Shown: positions 29,306 to 39,159, counted from the stretch's first letter. The stretch: DNA of 64,000 nucleotides from Acetobacteraceae bacterium (GCA_965276715.1 OZ255622.1:2534642-2598641); one strand, 5' to 3'. Numbers and translations are program-made. The notes: generated by a model not told the origin, from the sequence alone.

Positions 29306-30121
29306 ATGGATGAAGAGTTCACCGAAAGCGAGATCCAGCGCTACGCCCGGCACATCCTGCTGCCCGAACTGGGCGGCGAGGGTCAGGCGAAACTGAGGCG
29401 GGCGCGGGTGCTGGTGGTGGGGGCCGGCGGCCTGGGTTCGCCGCTGGCACTCTATCTGGCGGCCGCCGGCATCGGCACGATCGGACTGGTGGACGACGAC
29501 CGGCTGGAATTGTCGAACCTGCAGCGGCAGGTGCTGCACGATACCGCGTCGATCGGACGCAACAAGGCCGAGAGCGGCCGCGACCGGATCGCGCTGCTCA
29601 ATCCGGAGGTCAGGACGGAGGTGCATCCGGTCCGGCTCGACGCCGGCAACGCGGCCGATCTGGTCGGGCGCTACGATCTGGTGTGCGACGGGACCGACAA
29701 TTTCGCGACCCGGTTCCTGCTCGCCGACGCCTGCGCGCTGGGCGCGCGCACGCTGATCTCGGCGGCGGTGCTGCGGTTCGAGGGACAGCTCTCGACCTTC
29801 GCGCCGCATCGCGGCGGCCCATGCTATCGCTGTCTGCATCCGGAGCCGCCGCCGCCCGGCCTGGTCCCGTCCTGCGCGGAGGCCGGCATCCTGGGCGCGG
29901 TGACCGGCGTGATGGGCTGCCTGCAGGCGACGGAGGCGATCAAGGAGATCGCCGGGATCGGCGAGAGCCTGGCCGGCCGGCTGCTGCTGTGGGACGCGCT
30001 GGCGAGCCGCATGCGCACGATCGTCCTGCCGCGCGACCCGGATTGCGCGTTGTGCGGGCCGTCGCCGCGCATCCGCGATTTGTCGGCGCACGCAGCTTCG
30101 GTGGCGGCCCCGCGCGCTTGA
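29306..30121 (+). CDS. moeB: molybdopterin-synthase adenylyltransferase (MoeB/ThiF family)
   Basis: RYARHILLPELGGEGQ, VVGAGGLGSP and two CxxC pairs. Start moved to MDEEF. Confidence 0.75.
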   Translation: MDEEFTESEIQRYARHILLPELGGEGQAKLRRARVLVVGAGGLGSPLALYLAAAGIGTIGLVDDDRLELSNLQRQVLHDTASIGRNKAESGRDRIALLNPEVRTEVHPVRLDAGNAADLVGRYDLVCDGTDNFATRFLLADACALGARTLISAAVLRFEGQLSTFAPHRGGPCYRCLHPEPPPPGLVPSCAEAGILGAVTGVMGCLQATEAIKEIAGIGESLAGRLLLWDALASRMRTIVLPRDPDCALCGPSPRIRDLSAHAASVAAPRA

Positions 30122-30153
30122 CGGGCCTCGAACCGGGCGGCAGGCATCGGCGC

Positions 30154-30867
30154 ATGATCCGAACGCGCATGATCGCCGCCGTTGTCGCCCTCTCGTCGGG
30201 CGCCCAGGCCCAGACCCCGGCGCGGACCCAGACCCATGCGCCGGCCGTCGCGCACCATCATGCGCATCATCGCCATGCGGCGCATGCGCACCCGGCGCGT
30301 CACGCCGCGCACGCGCCGGTGCACCACGAGGCGGCCACGCCGCCGGTCGTGGCGCCGGTCAAGCCGGCGCCGCCTCCGCCGCCGCCGGTCGGATCGGTGA
30401 CCGGGCTCGCCTTGCCGCGGTTCGCGTCGTTCCGGTCCGAGGAGGTCAACATGCGAAGCGGGCCCGGCACGCGCTACCCGATCCAGTGGGTCTACAAGCG
30501 GCGCGACCTGCCGGTGGAGATCGAGCGCGAGTTCGATGTGTGGCGGCTCGTCGAGACCGACGACGGCACCAAGGGCTGGGTGCACCAGGCGACGCTGATC
30601 GGCAACCGCACCTTCATCGCGCTCGCCGCGACCGGCCCCGGCGAGACGGCGAGCGCGGGCGATCTCGCCAGCGCGCAGACGATCAGGACAGCCGCCTCGG
30701 CGGGTGCCGCGGCCGCGGCCTACCTCAAGCCGGGCGTGATCGGCCATGTCGTCGCGTGCGACGCCGGATCGGACTGGTGCCGGGTGGAGGTGCACGGAAC
30801 GACCGGCTTCCTGCAGCGGCGGGCGATGTGGGGGCTGCTGCCGGGCGAGGTCGTGGCCGCCCACTGA
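30154..30867 (+). CDS. SH3-like (DUF1058) periplasmic protein with His-rich tract
   Basis: Signal peptide, a His/Ala-rich segment, then LPRFASFRSEEVNMRSGPGTRYPIQWVY..WRLVETDDGTKGWVHQ. Confidence 0.7.
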   Translation: MIRTRMIAAVVALSSGAQAQTPARTQTHAPAVAHHHAHHRHAAHAHPARHAAHAPVHHEAATPPVVAPVKPAPPPPPPVGSVTGLALPRFASFRSEEVNMRSGPGTRYPIQWVYKRRDLPVEIEREFDVWRLVETDDGTKGWVHQATLIGNRTFIALAATGPGETASAGDLASAQTIRTAASAGAAAAAYLKPGVIGHVVACDAGSDWCRVEVHGTTGFLQRRAMWGLLPGEVVAAH

Positions 30868-30913
30868 CGCCATCGATCCGCGACACGCTGTCGGATGGCC
30901 GCGAGCGCCCAAT

Positions 30914-32671
30914 ATGACGGCGGCGGCCTACGGCAGACGCATCGGTCGAAGGATCACACGACACGTCATGCCTGCCCGCTCGCGGATGTTCCTGCTGGTG
31001 ATCCCGGCACTGCTGACGACGCTGCTGGCGACCACGGTCTCGACCGCGGTCCTGCACCCGCCTTCGCGTCCGGCCTCGGCGGTCGTGGCGTTGCTGCTCG
31101 CGATCGGGTTCGCCCGGATGGCCCTGACCGCGTGCGGCGTGCTGCTCGGGCTTCGTGCCGGGTGCGGTGACACGGCGCTGCCCGATACGGCACCGGGGCC
31201 GATCAGGACCGCGCTCGTCGTCCCGATCCACAACGAAGCGCCGGCGGGGATCGCGCTGGCGATCGACGTGATGGCGGACGCCCTCCGCCAGGCTGACGGG
31301 ATCGCGATCTTCATCCTGAGCGACACGCAGGATCCGCTTCTGGTCGCGGCCGAGGCGGACCGGTTCAAGCCGCATGGCACGACGCGGTCCGGCATCGCGG
31401 TGCACTACCGGCGACGGAAGTCCAATGCCGGACGCAAGGCGGGCAACATCGGCGAGTTCTGCCGTCACGCCGGCCTTGCCTACGACTTCGCGATCGTGCT
31501 GGACGCGGACAGCCTGATGACGGGCGACGCGATCCGCCGGCTGGTCGCGTCGATCAGCGCCGCGCCGCGCATGGCGCTGATCCAGTCCGTCACCTATCCG
31601 GCCGGTGGCCGCACCTTGTTCGGCCGGATGCAGCAGTTCGCGGCTCGGCTGAACACGCCGCTCGCGGTCGCGGGACAGCATGCCTGGCAGGGCCCGCACG
31701 GCACGTTCTGGGGTCACAACGCCATCCTCCGCCTGGCTCCGTTCACCGCGCACGCCGAACTCCCGGTGCTGCGGGGACGTCCGCCGATGGGCGGCGAGGT
31801 GCTGTGTCACGACACGATCGAGGCCGCACTCCTGTTGCGTGCCGGCTGGCAGGTCGGCATGGCGCCGGGGATCGCCGGCTCCTACGAGACCACGCCGAGC
31901 AACCTGGTCGACCATCTCGCGCGCGAACGACGCTGGTGCCAGGGCAATCTGCAGCATCTGCGGCTGATCGGGGCCGAACGGTTGGTGCCGGCATCGAGGC
32001 TGCACATCCTGATCGGCATTCTCCACTACCTGTCCGCGCCAGCCGCCTTGGCCCTCAGCGTCCTTCTGCTGTCCGGTGCCGGGATCGGAACGCACAAGCT
32101 GCCGGCGCATCTGGCCGCGGTTTCGGAATGGCTGACGCTGCTGCTCCTGTTCGGACCGAGGCTCGCGTCGCTGGCGCGCGGCCTGGTCGTGCCCGGCGCC
32201 GCCGAGGGGTTCGGCGGTCGCGCCCGCATGGTCGCGAGCGCGCTCGCCGAACAATGCGCCACCACCCTGACCGCCCCGATCTTCATGGTCTCGGTGAGCG
32301 GCTTCGTCCTCTCGACCTTCGCCGGACGTGTCGTCCGCTGGGACAGCCCCGCGCGTGGTGACCGGCCTCTGAGCTGGCGCGAGGCGTGGCGGCATTTCCG
32401 ATGGCACACCGCGATCGGGATCGGCGCTGTGCTCGCCGCCTGGTCGTCGCACCCCGCGTCGCTGCCGTATGTGGCGCCGCTGGTCGCGGGACTGGTGTTG
32501 TCGGTGCCGCTCGCGGTCTGTTCGGGGAGCGTGCGCCTCGGCGCGCTGGCCCGGCGGCTCGGATTGTTCCTGACGGAGGACGAGCGGACGCCGGCGGCCG
32601 AACTTGCCGCATTGCTGGCAGGGGAGCCCGCTCCGGCCGCGCGCGGCCAAGGTCTGGCGGCCGCGGAGTAG
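30914..32671 (+). CDS. opgH: glucans biosynthesis glucosyltransferase H
   Basis: GT2 motifs VVPIHNE, ILSDTQDP, GRKAGNIGEF, FWGHNAILR, HDTIEAALL and RRWCQGNLQH. The start is uncertain. Confidence 0.85.
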   Translation: MTAAAYGRRIGRRITRHVMPARSRMFLLVIPALLTTLLATTVSTAVLHPPSRPASAVVALLLAIGFARMALTACGVLLGLRAGCGDTALPDTAPGPIRTALVVPIHNEAPAGIALAIDVMADALRQADGIAIFILSDTQDPLLVAAEADRFKPHGTTRSGIAVHYRRRKSNAGRKAGNIGEFCRHAGLAYDFAIVLDADSLMTGDAIRRLVASISAAPRMALIQSVTYPAGGRTLFGRMQQFAARLNTPLAVAGQHAWQGPHGTFWGHNAILRLAPFTAHAELPVLRGRPPMGGEVLCHDTIEAALLLRAGWQVGMAPGIAGSYETTPSNLVDHLARERRWCQGNLQHLRLIGAERLVPASRLHILIGILHYLSAPAALALSVLLLSGAGIGTHKLPAHLAAVSEWLTLLLLFGPRLASLARGLVVPGAAEGFGGRARMVASALAEQCATTLTAPIFMVSVSGFVLSTFAGRVVRWDSPARGDRPLSWREAWRHFRWHTAIGIGAVLAAWSSHPASLPYVAPLVAGLVLSVPLAVCSGSVRLGALARRLGLFLTEDERTPAAELAALLAGEPAPAARGQGLAAAE

Positions 32672-32682
32672 CGCGATCCCGG

Positions 32683-33861
32683 TCAGGAATGGCGGCTCAC
32701 GATGTTCGTGTCCGGACCCGCGGCCGGCGCGCGCGTCGCCGGCTGGCGCGGCTTGGCGCTGCCGCCGAGCATGTGGCCCATCGGCGCGAGCCGGTCGACA
32801 TGGTCGCAGACGATCTTGAGCACGGCCAGCAGCGGCACGCTGAGGAACGCGCCGACGATGCCCCACATCCAGTCCCAGAACATCAGCGACGACATCACCA
32901 TCACCGGGTTCAGCGTGAACCGGCGGGCGAGCAGCATCGGCGTGATGGTCTCGCCCTCCAGCAGATGGATGCCGAGATAGATCGCGGGCGGGATCAGGGC
33001 GTGGACGAGCGAGTCGTAGGTGAAGAGGCCCACGAAGAAATAGATGCCGATGCCGGTGACCGGGCCGAGGATGGGCACATAGTTCAGCAGGAAGGCGGCG
33101 ACACCCCAGAGCAGCGGATTGGGCAGGCCGAGCAGCCAGACCTGGAGCATGTTCAGGCTGCCCACCAGGACGTTCATGATGGTGATGGTGGCGAGGTAGA
33201 GCGACACGTTCTGCTCGATCTCGGAGACGATCTGCACCGCGCGGCGCTTGTCGGCGAGCGTCGGCATGATCTCGACGAAGCGGCGCACGAGGCTGTCGCC
33301 CGAGGCGAGCAGGAAGAACAGGATCAGGACGAGGGTGAACACCTCGCCGAGGAAGAAGCGCGTGCCGCTCAGCCCGCTGGTGAGCACGCCGGTGAGCGAG
33401 CTGCCCTGGCCCACGGACATGTGCTGGCCGCTGGCCTGGCCGGGCGCCTGGCTGCCGCTCGACATGATCGACTGCAGGCGGGCGTAGCCCTGCTCGATGG
33501 CGTCGATCGGCTGGCGCAGGAAGGCGAGCTTGTGCTGCAGGGCGGCGAGACTGTCGGGCGCGCGCGCGATCCAGCCCGAGGCCGGCACCGAGACCGCGAG
33601 CACGATCATGGCGACGAACCCGAACAGCAGCAGGATCAGCAGCAGGGCGCTCAGCACCTTGGGCACGTGCAGCCGATGGTTGAGGAACCGCATCACCGGT
33701 GCCAGCAGCAGGTTGAGCACGATGGCGAGCACGAACGGCAGCACGATGCTGGCGGCGAAATAGAGCGTGTAGAAGACGGCCAGGACCGCCAGGATGGTCA
33801 GTGCGGTCGACTTGCCCGACGGGGGCAGGCCGACATGGATCACCGGGTCGGGTGTGGTCAT
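32683..33861 (-). CDS. AI-2E family transporter (PerM-like permease)
   Basis: About 8 TM segments with family-typical spacing. Start placed at MTTPDPV. Confidence 0.7.
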   Translation of the reverse strand: MTTPDPVIHVGLPPSGKSTALTILAVLAVFYTLYFAASIVLPFVLAIVLNLLLAPVMRFLNHRLHVPKVLSALLLILLLFGFVAMIVLAVSVPASGWIARAPDSLAALQHKLAFLRQPIDAIEQGYARLQSIMSSGSQAPGQASGQHMSVGQGSSLTGVLTSGLSGTRFFLGEVFTLVLILFFLLASGDSLVRRFVEIMPTLADKRRAVQIVSEIEQNVSLYLATITIMNVLVGSLNMLQVWLLGLPNPLLWGVAAFLLNYVPILGPVTGIGIYFFVGLFTYDSLVHALIPPAIYLGIHLLEGETITPMLLARRFTLNPVMVMSSLMFWDWMWGIVGAFLSVPLLAVLKIVCDHVDRLAPMGHMLGGSAKPRQPATRAPAAGPDTNIVSRHS

Positions 33862-33988
33862 CGGTGCCGCTCCGCTTCGTTCACGCCGAGGCATAGAAGC
33901 CACGGCGCCGCGAGGCGAGGCCGGCGATGAACCGGACGGCGTCCCGCCCCAACTGGTCACCTTGTCGCGTCCCCGCGGACGCCCGGAC

Positions 33989-35401
33989 ATGGAGACCATG
34001 ATGTCGGACCCTAGCCTCGATCCCGCGACGGCGGCGATCTCGCGCAACCCGGCGACGGGTGCGCTGATCGCGACCTATCCGTTCCAGACCAAAAACGAGA
34101 TCGAGCAGATGCTCGTGGCGAACAAGGCCGCCTTCGAGCGATGGCGCGCGATGCCGATGTCGGATCGGGCGGCGCTCTACGCGCGGCTGGCGGCCACGCT
34201 GCGCGACCGGTCCGAGCATTTCGCCATGCTCGCCACCAGCGAGATGGGCAAGACGATCGCCGCCACGCGCGCCGAGATCGAGAAATGCGCCGCCACCATC
34301 GCCTGGATCGGCGAGCATGGCCCCGCCATCCTCGCCGACGAACCCGTCGAGACCGAGACCAGGGATCGTGCCTATGTCTCGTTCCTGCCGATCGGGACGA
34401 TCCTGGCGGTGATGCCGTGGAATTTCCCGTTCTGGCAGGTGATCCGGGCCGCGGGTCCGATCATGCTGTCGGGCAACGGCTTGGTTCTCAAGCACGCGCC
34501 CAACGTCATGGGATGCGCCCATGCGCTGCGTGACGCCTTTGAGGCGAGCGGTTTCCCCGAGCATCTCTTCGCCATCCTCAACGCCGGCAACGATGCGATC
34601 GCGGCCGCGATCGAGGACCCGCGCATCGCCGCCGTCACGGTGACGGGCAGCATGCGGGCGGGTGCCGCGGTCGCGGCGACCGCGGGCCGCGCGATGAAGA
34701 AGAGCCTGCTCGAACTCGGCGGCGCCGACGCCTACGTCGTGCTGGCCGACGCCGACCTCGACCGCGCGGTCGAGGTCGGCATCGAGGCGCGATACCAGAA
34801 TGCGGGACAGGTCTGCCTCGCCGCCAAGCGCTTCATCCTGGAGCGGCCGATCGCCGACGCGTTCACGCGCCAGTATGTCGAGGCCGTCCGCAAGGTGAAG
34901 GCAGGCGATCCGCTCGATCCCGCGACCACGATCGGTCCGATCGCGCGCGACGACCTCCGGAGCGGCATCCACGATCAGGTCGAGCGGTCGATCGCGGCGG
35001 GTGCCAGGCTGCTCATCGGCGGCGAGCCGGTCGACGGTCCCGGCTTCTTCTACCAGCCCACGGTGCTGGCGGACGTGCGGCCGGGCATGGCGGCCTTCGA
35101 CGAGGAGATCTTCGGCCCCGTCGCGGCGCTGATCGTCGCCGAGGACGCCGACGACGCGATCAGGCTGGCCAATGCGAGCGAATACGGGCTCAGCAGCAAC
35201 ATCTGGACGAACGATCCCGGCCGCGCGCGCATGCTGGCACGGCGGATCGAAGCGGGCGGCGTCTTCGTCAACGGCTTCTCCGCCTCCAACCCGCGGATTC
35301 CGGTCGGCGGCGTCAAGAAGAGCGGCTACGGCCGCGAGCTGTCGCATTTCGGCCTGCGCGAGTTCACCAACGCGCAAGTGGTCTGGGAGACGGTCGGCTG
35401 A
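33989..35401 (+). CDS. NAD(P)-dependent aldehyde / succinate-semialdehyde dehydrogenase
   Basis: ALDH motifs ELGGAD and QNAGQVCLAAKR (catalytic Cys). Start at METMM. Confidence 0.8.
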   Translation: METMMSDPSLDPATAAISRNPATGALIATYPFQTKNEIEQMLVANKAAFERWRAMPMSDRAALYARLAATLRDRSEHFAMLATSEMGKTIAATRAEIEKCAATIAWIGEHGPAILADEPVETETRDRAYVSFLPIGTILAVMPWNFPFWQVIRAAGPIMLSGNGLVLKHAPNVMGCAHALRDAFEASGFPEHLFAILNAGNDAIAAAIEDPRIAAVTVTGSMRAGAAVAATAGRAMKKSLLELGGADAYVVLADADLDRAVEVGIEARYQNAGQVCLAAKRFILERPIADAFTRQYVEAVRKVKAGDPLDPATTIGPIARDDLRSGIHDQVERSIAAGARLLIGGEPVDGPGFFYQPTVLADVRPGMAAFDEEIFGPVAALIVAEDADDAIRLANASEYGLSSNIWTNDPGRARMLARRIEAGGVFVNGFSASNPRIPVGGVKKSGYGRELSHFGLREFTNAQVVWETVG

Positions 35402-35437
35402 CTGGCCGCCGGCGCCGATCCTGACTTGGGAGTTGCC

Positions 35438-36406
35438 ATGTCCCGGGCCGTCTCGCTCTTCGCCGGGGCGGCCGCCCTCCTGGTCGCGTCGGCGTCGTGC
35501 GCCGCCACGGTCGGGTTCGCCGAGGCGAGCATTCCTGACGGCGCGTCCGCTCCGCTGCAGGCGGGAATCTGGTATCCCGCCACCGGCAGCACACAGCCGA
35601 CGCCGGTGGGGCTGCTGACCCAGATGGTGGCGCCAGGCGCGCCGGTGTCGGCGGGCGCTCATCCGCTGGTGGTGATGTCGCACGGGCAGGGCGGCGACTT
35701 CGCCGGTCACGCCGACACCGCGTTCGCGCTCGCGCAGGCCGGCTTCGTGGTCGCGGCACCCACGCACACGGGCGACAACTGGCGCGACGCGAGCCGGGCG
35801 CTGGACGTGGGCGGACGGGCGCGTCAGCTCGGATCGGTCATCGATTGGATGATCGCCTGGCATCCGGGCGCGGTCGACCCGGCGCGGATCGGTGCGTTCG
35901 GCTTCTCCGCGGGCGGCCTGACGGTGCTGATCGAGGCGGGCGGGAGCCCCGATCTCGGCCTGGTCGGTCCGCATTGCGCGGCGCATCCGGACTTCTTCGA
36001 TTGCCACCTGATCGCGGCCCATGGCGGGTTGCCGGCGCGGACGCCGGAACCGCATGCGCATCGCCTGCGTGCGATCGTCGTGGCGGCGCCGGCGCTCGGC
36101 TTCACGTTCGACCGGGCGCGCCTGCGCGCCGTCACCATGCCGGTCCAGCTCTGGCGCGCGGCCGACGATGTCGTGCTTCCGGCGCCCTGGTATGCGGATG
36201 CGGTGCGCGCGGCCCTGCCGACGCCGCCGGACTTCCATGTCGTCGCCGGTGCCGGCCATTTCGATTTCCTGGCACCCTGCTCGACGGCGCTGGCGAAGGT
36301 GGCGCCGATGATCTGCGTCAGCGAACCGGGCTTCGACCGGGTGCGTTTCCACGACGCGTTCAACAAGGCGGTCGTGACGTTCTTCGAGACGTCCCTCGAA
36401 CGCTGA
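35438..36406 (+). CDS. secreted alpha/beta hydrolase (dienelactone hydrolase / PAF-acetylhydrolase-like)
   Basis: Signal peptide and the nucleophile elbow GFSAGG. Confidence 0.65.
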   Translation: MSRAVSLFAGAAALLVASASCAATVGFAEASIPDGASAPLQAGIWYPATGSTQPTPVGLLTQMVAPGAPVSAGAHPLVVMSHGQGGDFAGHADTAFALAQAGFVVAAPTHTGDNWRDASRALDVGGRARQLGSVIDWMIAWHPGAVDPARIGAFGFSAGGLTVLIEAGGSPDLGLVGPHCAAHPDFFDCHLIAAHGGLPARTPEPHAHRLRAIVVAAPALGFTFDRARLRAVTMPVQLWRAADDVVLPAPWYADAVRAALPTPPDFHVVAGAGHFDFLAPCSTALAKVAPMICVSEPGFDRVRFHDAFNKAVVTFFETSLER

Positions 36407-36576
36407 CGGGACGCGCTTCTCAATCGGCCTCTGATCTCTCAGCCATCGTAATCGTCCCGCACACATTCCGACTTGGAAGTTTCGTTGCGCTGACGGGCGG
36501 CGTTTGCAACGCTCAACCCTGCTCGACCTGTCCACCAATCTTCGAAGTTCGTTCGCTGATCGAGGGGCAGGCCCTC

Positions 36577-36834
36577 TCAGTTTGATAGATCAGCGACAGA
36601 AACAACCACATGCTGGAACTGCAGTACCGAGCTACTGACTGGTTGCCCGTGACGAGCGGTCTCGGAAGCAGCCCTGTCCACCTCGGGCGGAATTACTGCA
36701 GTCCATCCCGGGCCCAACCAGCGAGCGGTTCCGATACCTGGGTCCAAAGGCCTGATCCCGAAAAACAGGCAACCGAGGGCTGCAAGGACCACCAGGGCAC
36801 TGACGCTCGCGTAAAACGCACGACGTGACGACAT
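36577..36834 (-). CDS. hypothetical single-pass membrane protein (85 aa)
   Basis: Internal Met followed by a TM segment (ASVSALVVLAALGCLFF). Lies in a lower-GC patch. Weak call. Confidence 0.25.
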   Translation of the reverse strand: MSSRRAFYASVSALVVLAALGCLFFGIRPLDPGIGTARWLGPGWTAVIPPEVDRAASETARHGQPVSSSVLQFQHVVVSVADLSN

Positions 36835-36954
36835 GGCTTCCGACCTGCGATGAGATGGCGTGCCTCTGCGGGCACCTGGACGACAGAAATTGACGTGTTC
36901 CATAGGCCAATCCCACGTTGTCACGCCGGTGGGCAACGGCCGAACGAGACGCTA

Positions 36955-37280
36955 CGCTCCGGATTTTGCATGGCAGCAGCTCGCAGACATGCCCGACTGA
37001 CCGTTCCGCGATCCGGGATCAGGCTCGTTCAGCTTCGCCGTCGCAATGAGAGATGCGACCGCAGCGGCTTACAAGTCGCGCGTCAGCGCCATCCAACGCC
37101 AAGCGCGTAGCGGATCGCGCTCGCCAGATCGATGCGTTTGGATGTGCCCTCGCCCTGCGATCCGGCTTGGGTCTGACGCGCCGGGCGCGAGCATGCTGGG
37201 AGGGGGATAGACGCGACGCAGGTGTCGAACCTGGGACAGTGGGCTGCGGAAGAGAGCCGTCAGGCCTCGACGATTTCGAA
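36955..37280 (-). pseudogene. decayed C-terminal remnant of an IS66-family transposase
   Basis: Minus-strand fragments in shifting frames read ..DLASAIRYAL.., RWMALTRDL, AAAVASLIATAKLNEPDP and CELLP. They resemble the IS66 TnpC blocks AIRYAL.RW..LTR.L, AA..YSLI.TAKLNG.DP and ELLPWN. They are interrupted by stops, frameshifts and an internal deletion. Confidence 0.45.
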
Positions 37281-37377
37281 ACGAGGGCGAGGTCAGTGGT
37301 CTTGCCACATCAATTCATGTCGCGGTTCGGTTCCGGCAAAGACGAGCCTTTGAGTCAAACGCTTCGAGAAGCGGGGT

Positions 37378-37430
37378 CTGGGGCCGACCGGCCCCAGCGG
37401 GTCAAGGGCAGCGCCCTTGCCTGTCTTGTT
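37378..37430 (+). repeat. REP-like double hairpin (copy 1)
   Basis: ctggggccg/cggccccag followed by caagggc-agc-gcccttg. It shares its architecture and the 11-mer gggcagcgccc with 58258-58310. Confidence 0.5.
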
Positions 37431-37443
37431 CCGCAGCCCGTGC

Positions 37444-37500
37444 GCTAGAGCGTGATCGGTTTAGGTTGACATGAAATGCGAGAGCCGATCACGCTCTAGC
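37444..37500. repeat. perfect 16-bp inverted repeat hairpin downstream of chvG
   Basis: gctagagcgtgatcgg, a 25-nt loop, then ccgatcacgctctagc. A second imperfect hairpin lies at 37513-37558 and overlaps the chvG stop. Confidence 0.6.
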
Positions 37501-37557
37501 CTTTGTTTCGACGAGCAATTTTATCGCTGTGCTGACGCAACTTGAAGCGATATTGCT

Positions 37558-39159
37558 CTAGACGCGCGGCAGCACCACGAGGAAGCGCGCGCCCCTGACG
37601 GTGCCGTTGCCGTCGACGACGTTCTCGGCCGCGATGCGTCCCTTCAGCGCCTCGACGATCTGGCGGCTGATCGAGAGGCCGAGGCCGGAATGCTGGCCGA
37701 AACGCTCGCCGGCCGGGCGCTCGGAGTAGAATCGATCGAAGATATGTTCGAGCTTGGCCTGCGGGATCCCCGGCCCCTGGTCGGTGACCGAGAGCAGGGC
37801 CTGGTCGCCCGAGGCGCGCGCCGCAAGCACGATCCGGCCTTGCGCGGGGGAGAAGCTGATCGCGTTGCCGGTCAGGTTGCGCAGCACCTGGACGAGGCGG
37901 TCCTCGACGGCAAGCACGGTCAGCGTCTCGTCGGGATCGCCCTCGATGACCAGCCGCGGCGCGTCCTCGGCGCGCGTCGCCTCGTGGATGTCGACGAGGG
38001 CGCGCAGCAGCGGGAACACCGGGATGGGAACGGTCGTCGCGCGCGAGAGCTCGGCGTCCACGCGGCTCGCATTCGCGATGTCCGAGATCAGTCGGTCGAG
38101 GCGCGAGACGTCCTCGCCGATGATGCCGAGCAGGCGCTTCTGCTGCTCGCGGTTGTCGATGCGCCTGAGCGTCTCGATGGCGCTCGCGATCGACGAGAGC
38201 GGGTTCTTGATCTCGTGGCTGACGTCGGCAGCGAAGCGCTCGGTCGCATCCATCCGGGCCCACAGCGCCCTGACGCTCTGGTCGAGCGCCTGTCCGAGCT
38301 CGCCGATCTCGTCGGAGCGGCGTCGCAGGGCGGCCGGCACCGCCCCGGTGCGCCCCTCGCCCTCGCGCATCGAGAGGGCCGCGCGCGCGAGCGAGAGGAT
38401 CGGCCGCGTGATCGTGCGCGACAGGTACCATGACAGCAGGACGGTGATGCCGAGTGCGAGCAGGAACAGATCGAGGATCGAGCGGCGCACCGCCTCGAGC
38501 GAGCGGTCGACCTCGCCGGCCGCGCGCGTGAGCAGGATGATGCCCACGGTGTGGCCGTCGTGCGCCACCGGTTCGGCGACGGTCACCAGCAGCCGGTCGT
38601 CGTGGGTGCGCCTGATGTAGGGCGGCATCTCGGGGCTGTCGCTGACGCCGCCGAGATGGAGCTGCTCGCGCACGTCTGGCGACCATTGCAGGCCCTGGCT
38701 CTCGCCGTTCTTGCGTTCGACGACGAGGTCGTCGCTGCCGGCGGGCAGCAGCGACAGCAGCTCGTCGTAGAAACGGCCGAGGGCCGGGATGACCTGGCCC
38801 ATGATCGTGGCGGGCACATTGACCGGCATCGGCGGCCGTGGCGGCGTGCCGTCGGGCCGGTCGGGATTGCTGTCGGCGATGATGCGCCCGTCCGGGCCGT
38901 AGAGGCGGGCGACCGAGAACGGGGTCGGTTCGGTCAGCCGCCGCAGCAGCGGCCGGGCGAGGTCCGGGACCAGGGCGGGATCGGCGTGGTGACGGCCCTC
39001 GGGCAGGCGGGTGGCGCTCTGTCCGAGCGCGCCGGCATAGATGCGCGCCTGCTCGCGCAACGCGTTGACCTCGCCCACCAGGAGCCCGTTCTGGTACTGG
39101 TCGAGATAGAGCAGGGTGGCGACGAGGAGGGCGAGCGGCAGCGCGTTGACCAGCAGCAC
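37558..39159 (-). CDS. chvG: sensor histidine kinase ChvG/ExoS
   Basis: N-terminal TM, periplasmic domain, HAMP, HisKA (FAADVSHEIKNPL) and HATPase. The start is uncertain: GTG at 39159, GTG at 39303, or an ATG up to 39363 that would overlap chvI. Confidence 0.8.
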   Translation of the reverse strand: MLLVNALPLALLVATLLYLDQYQNGLLVGEVNALREQARIYAGALGQSATRLPEGRHHADPALVPDLARPLLRRLTEPTPFSVARLYGPDGRIIADSNPDRPDGTPPRPPMPVNVPATIMGQVIPALGRFYDELLSLLPAGSDDLVVERKNGESQGLQWSPDVREQLHLGGVSDSPEMPPYIRRTHDDRLLVTVAEPVAHDGHTVGIILLTRAAGEVDRSLEAVRRSILDLFLLALGITVLLSWYLSRTITRPILSLARAALSMREGEGRTGAVPAALRRRSDEIGELGQALDQSVRALWARMDATERFAADVSHEIKNPLSSIASAIETLRRIDNREQQKRLLGIIGEDVSRLDRLISDIANASRVDAELSRATTVPIPVFPLLRALVDIHEATRAEDAPRLVIEGDPDETLTVLAVEDRLVQVLRNLTGNAISFSPAQGRIVLAARASGDQALLSVTDQGPGIPQAKLEHIFDRFYSERPAGERFGQHSGLGLSISRQIVEALKGRIAAENVVDGNGTVRGARFLVVLPRV

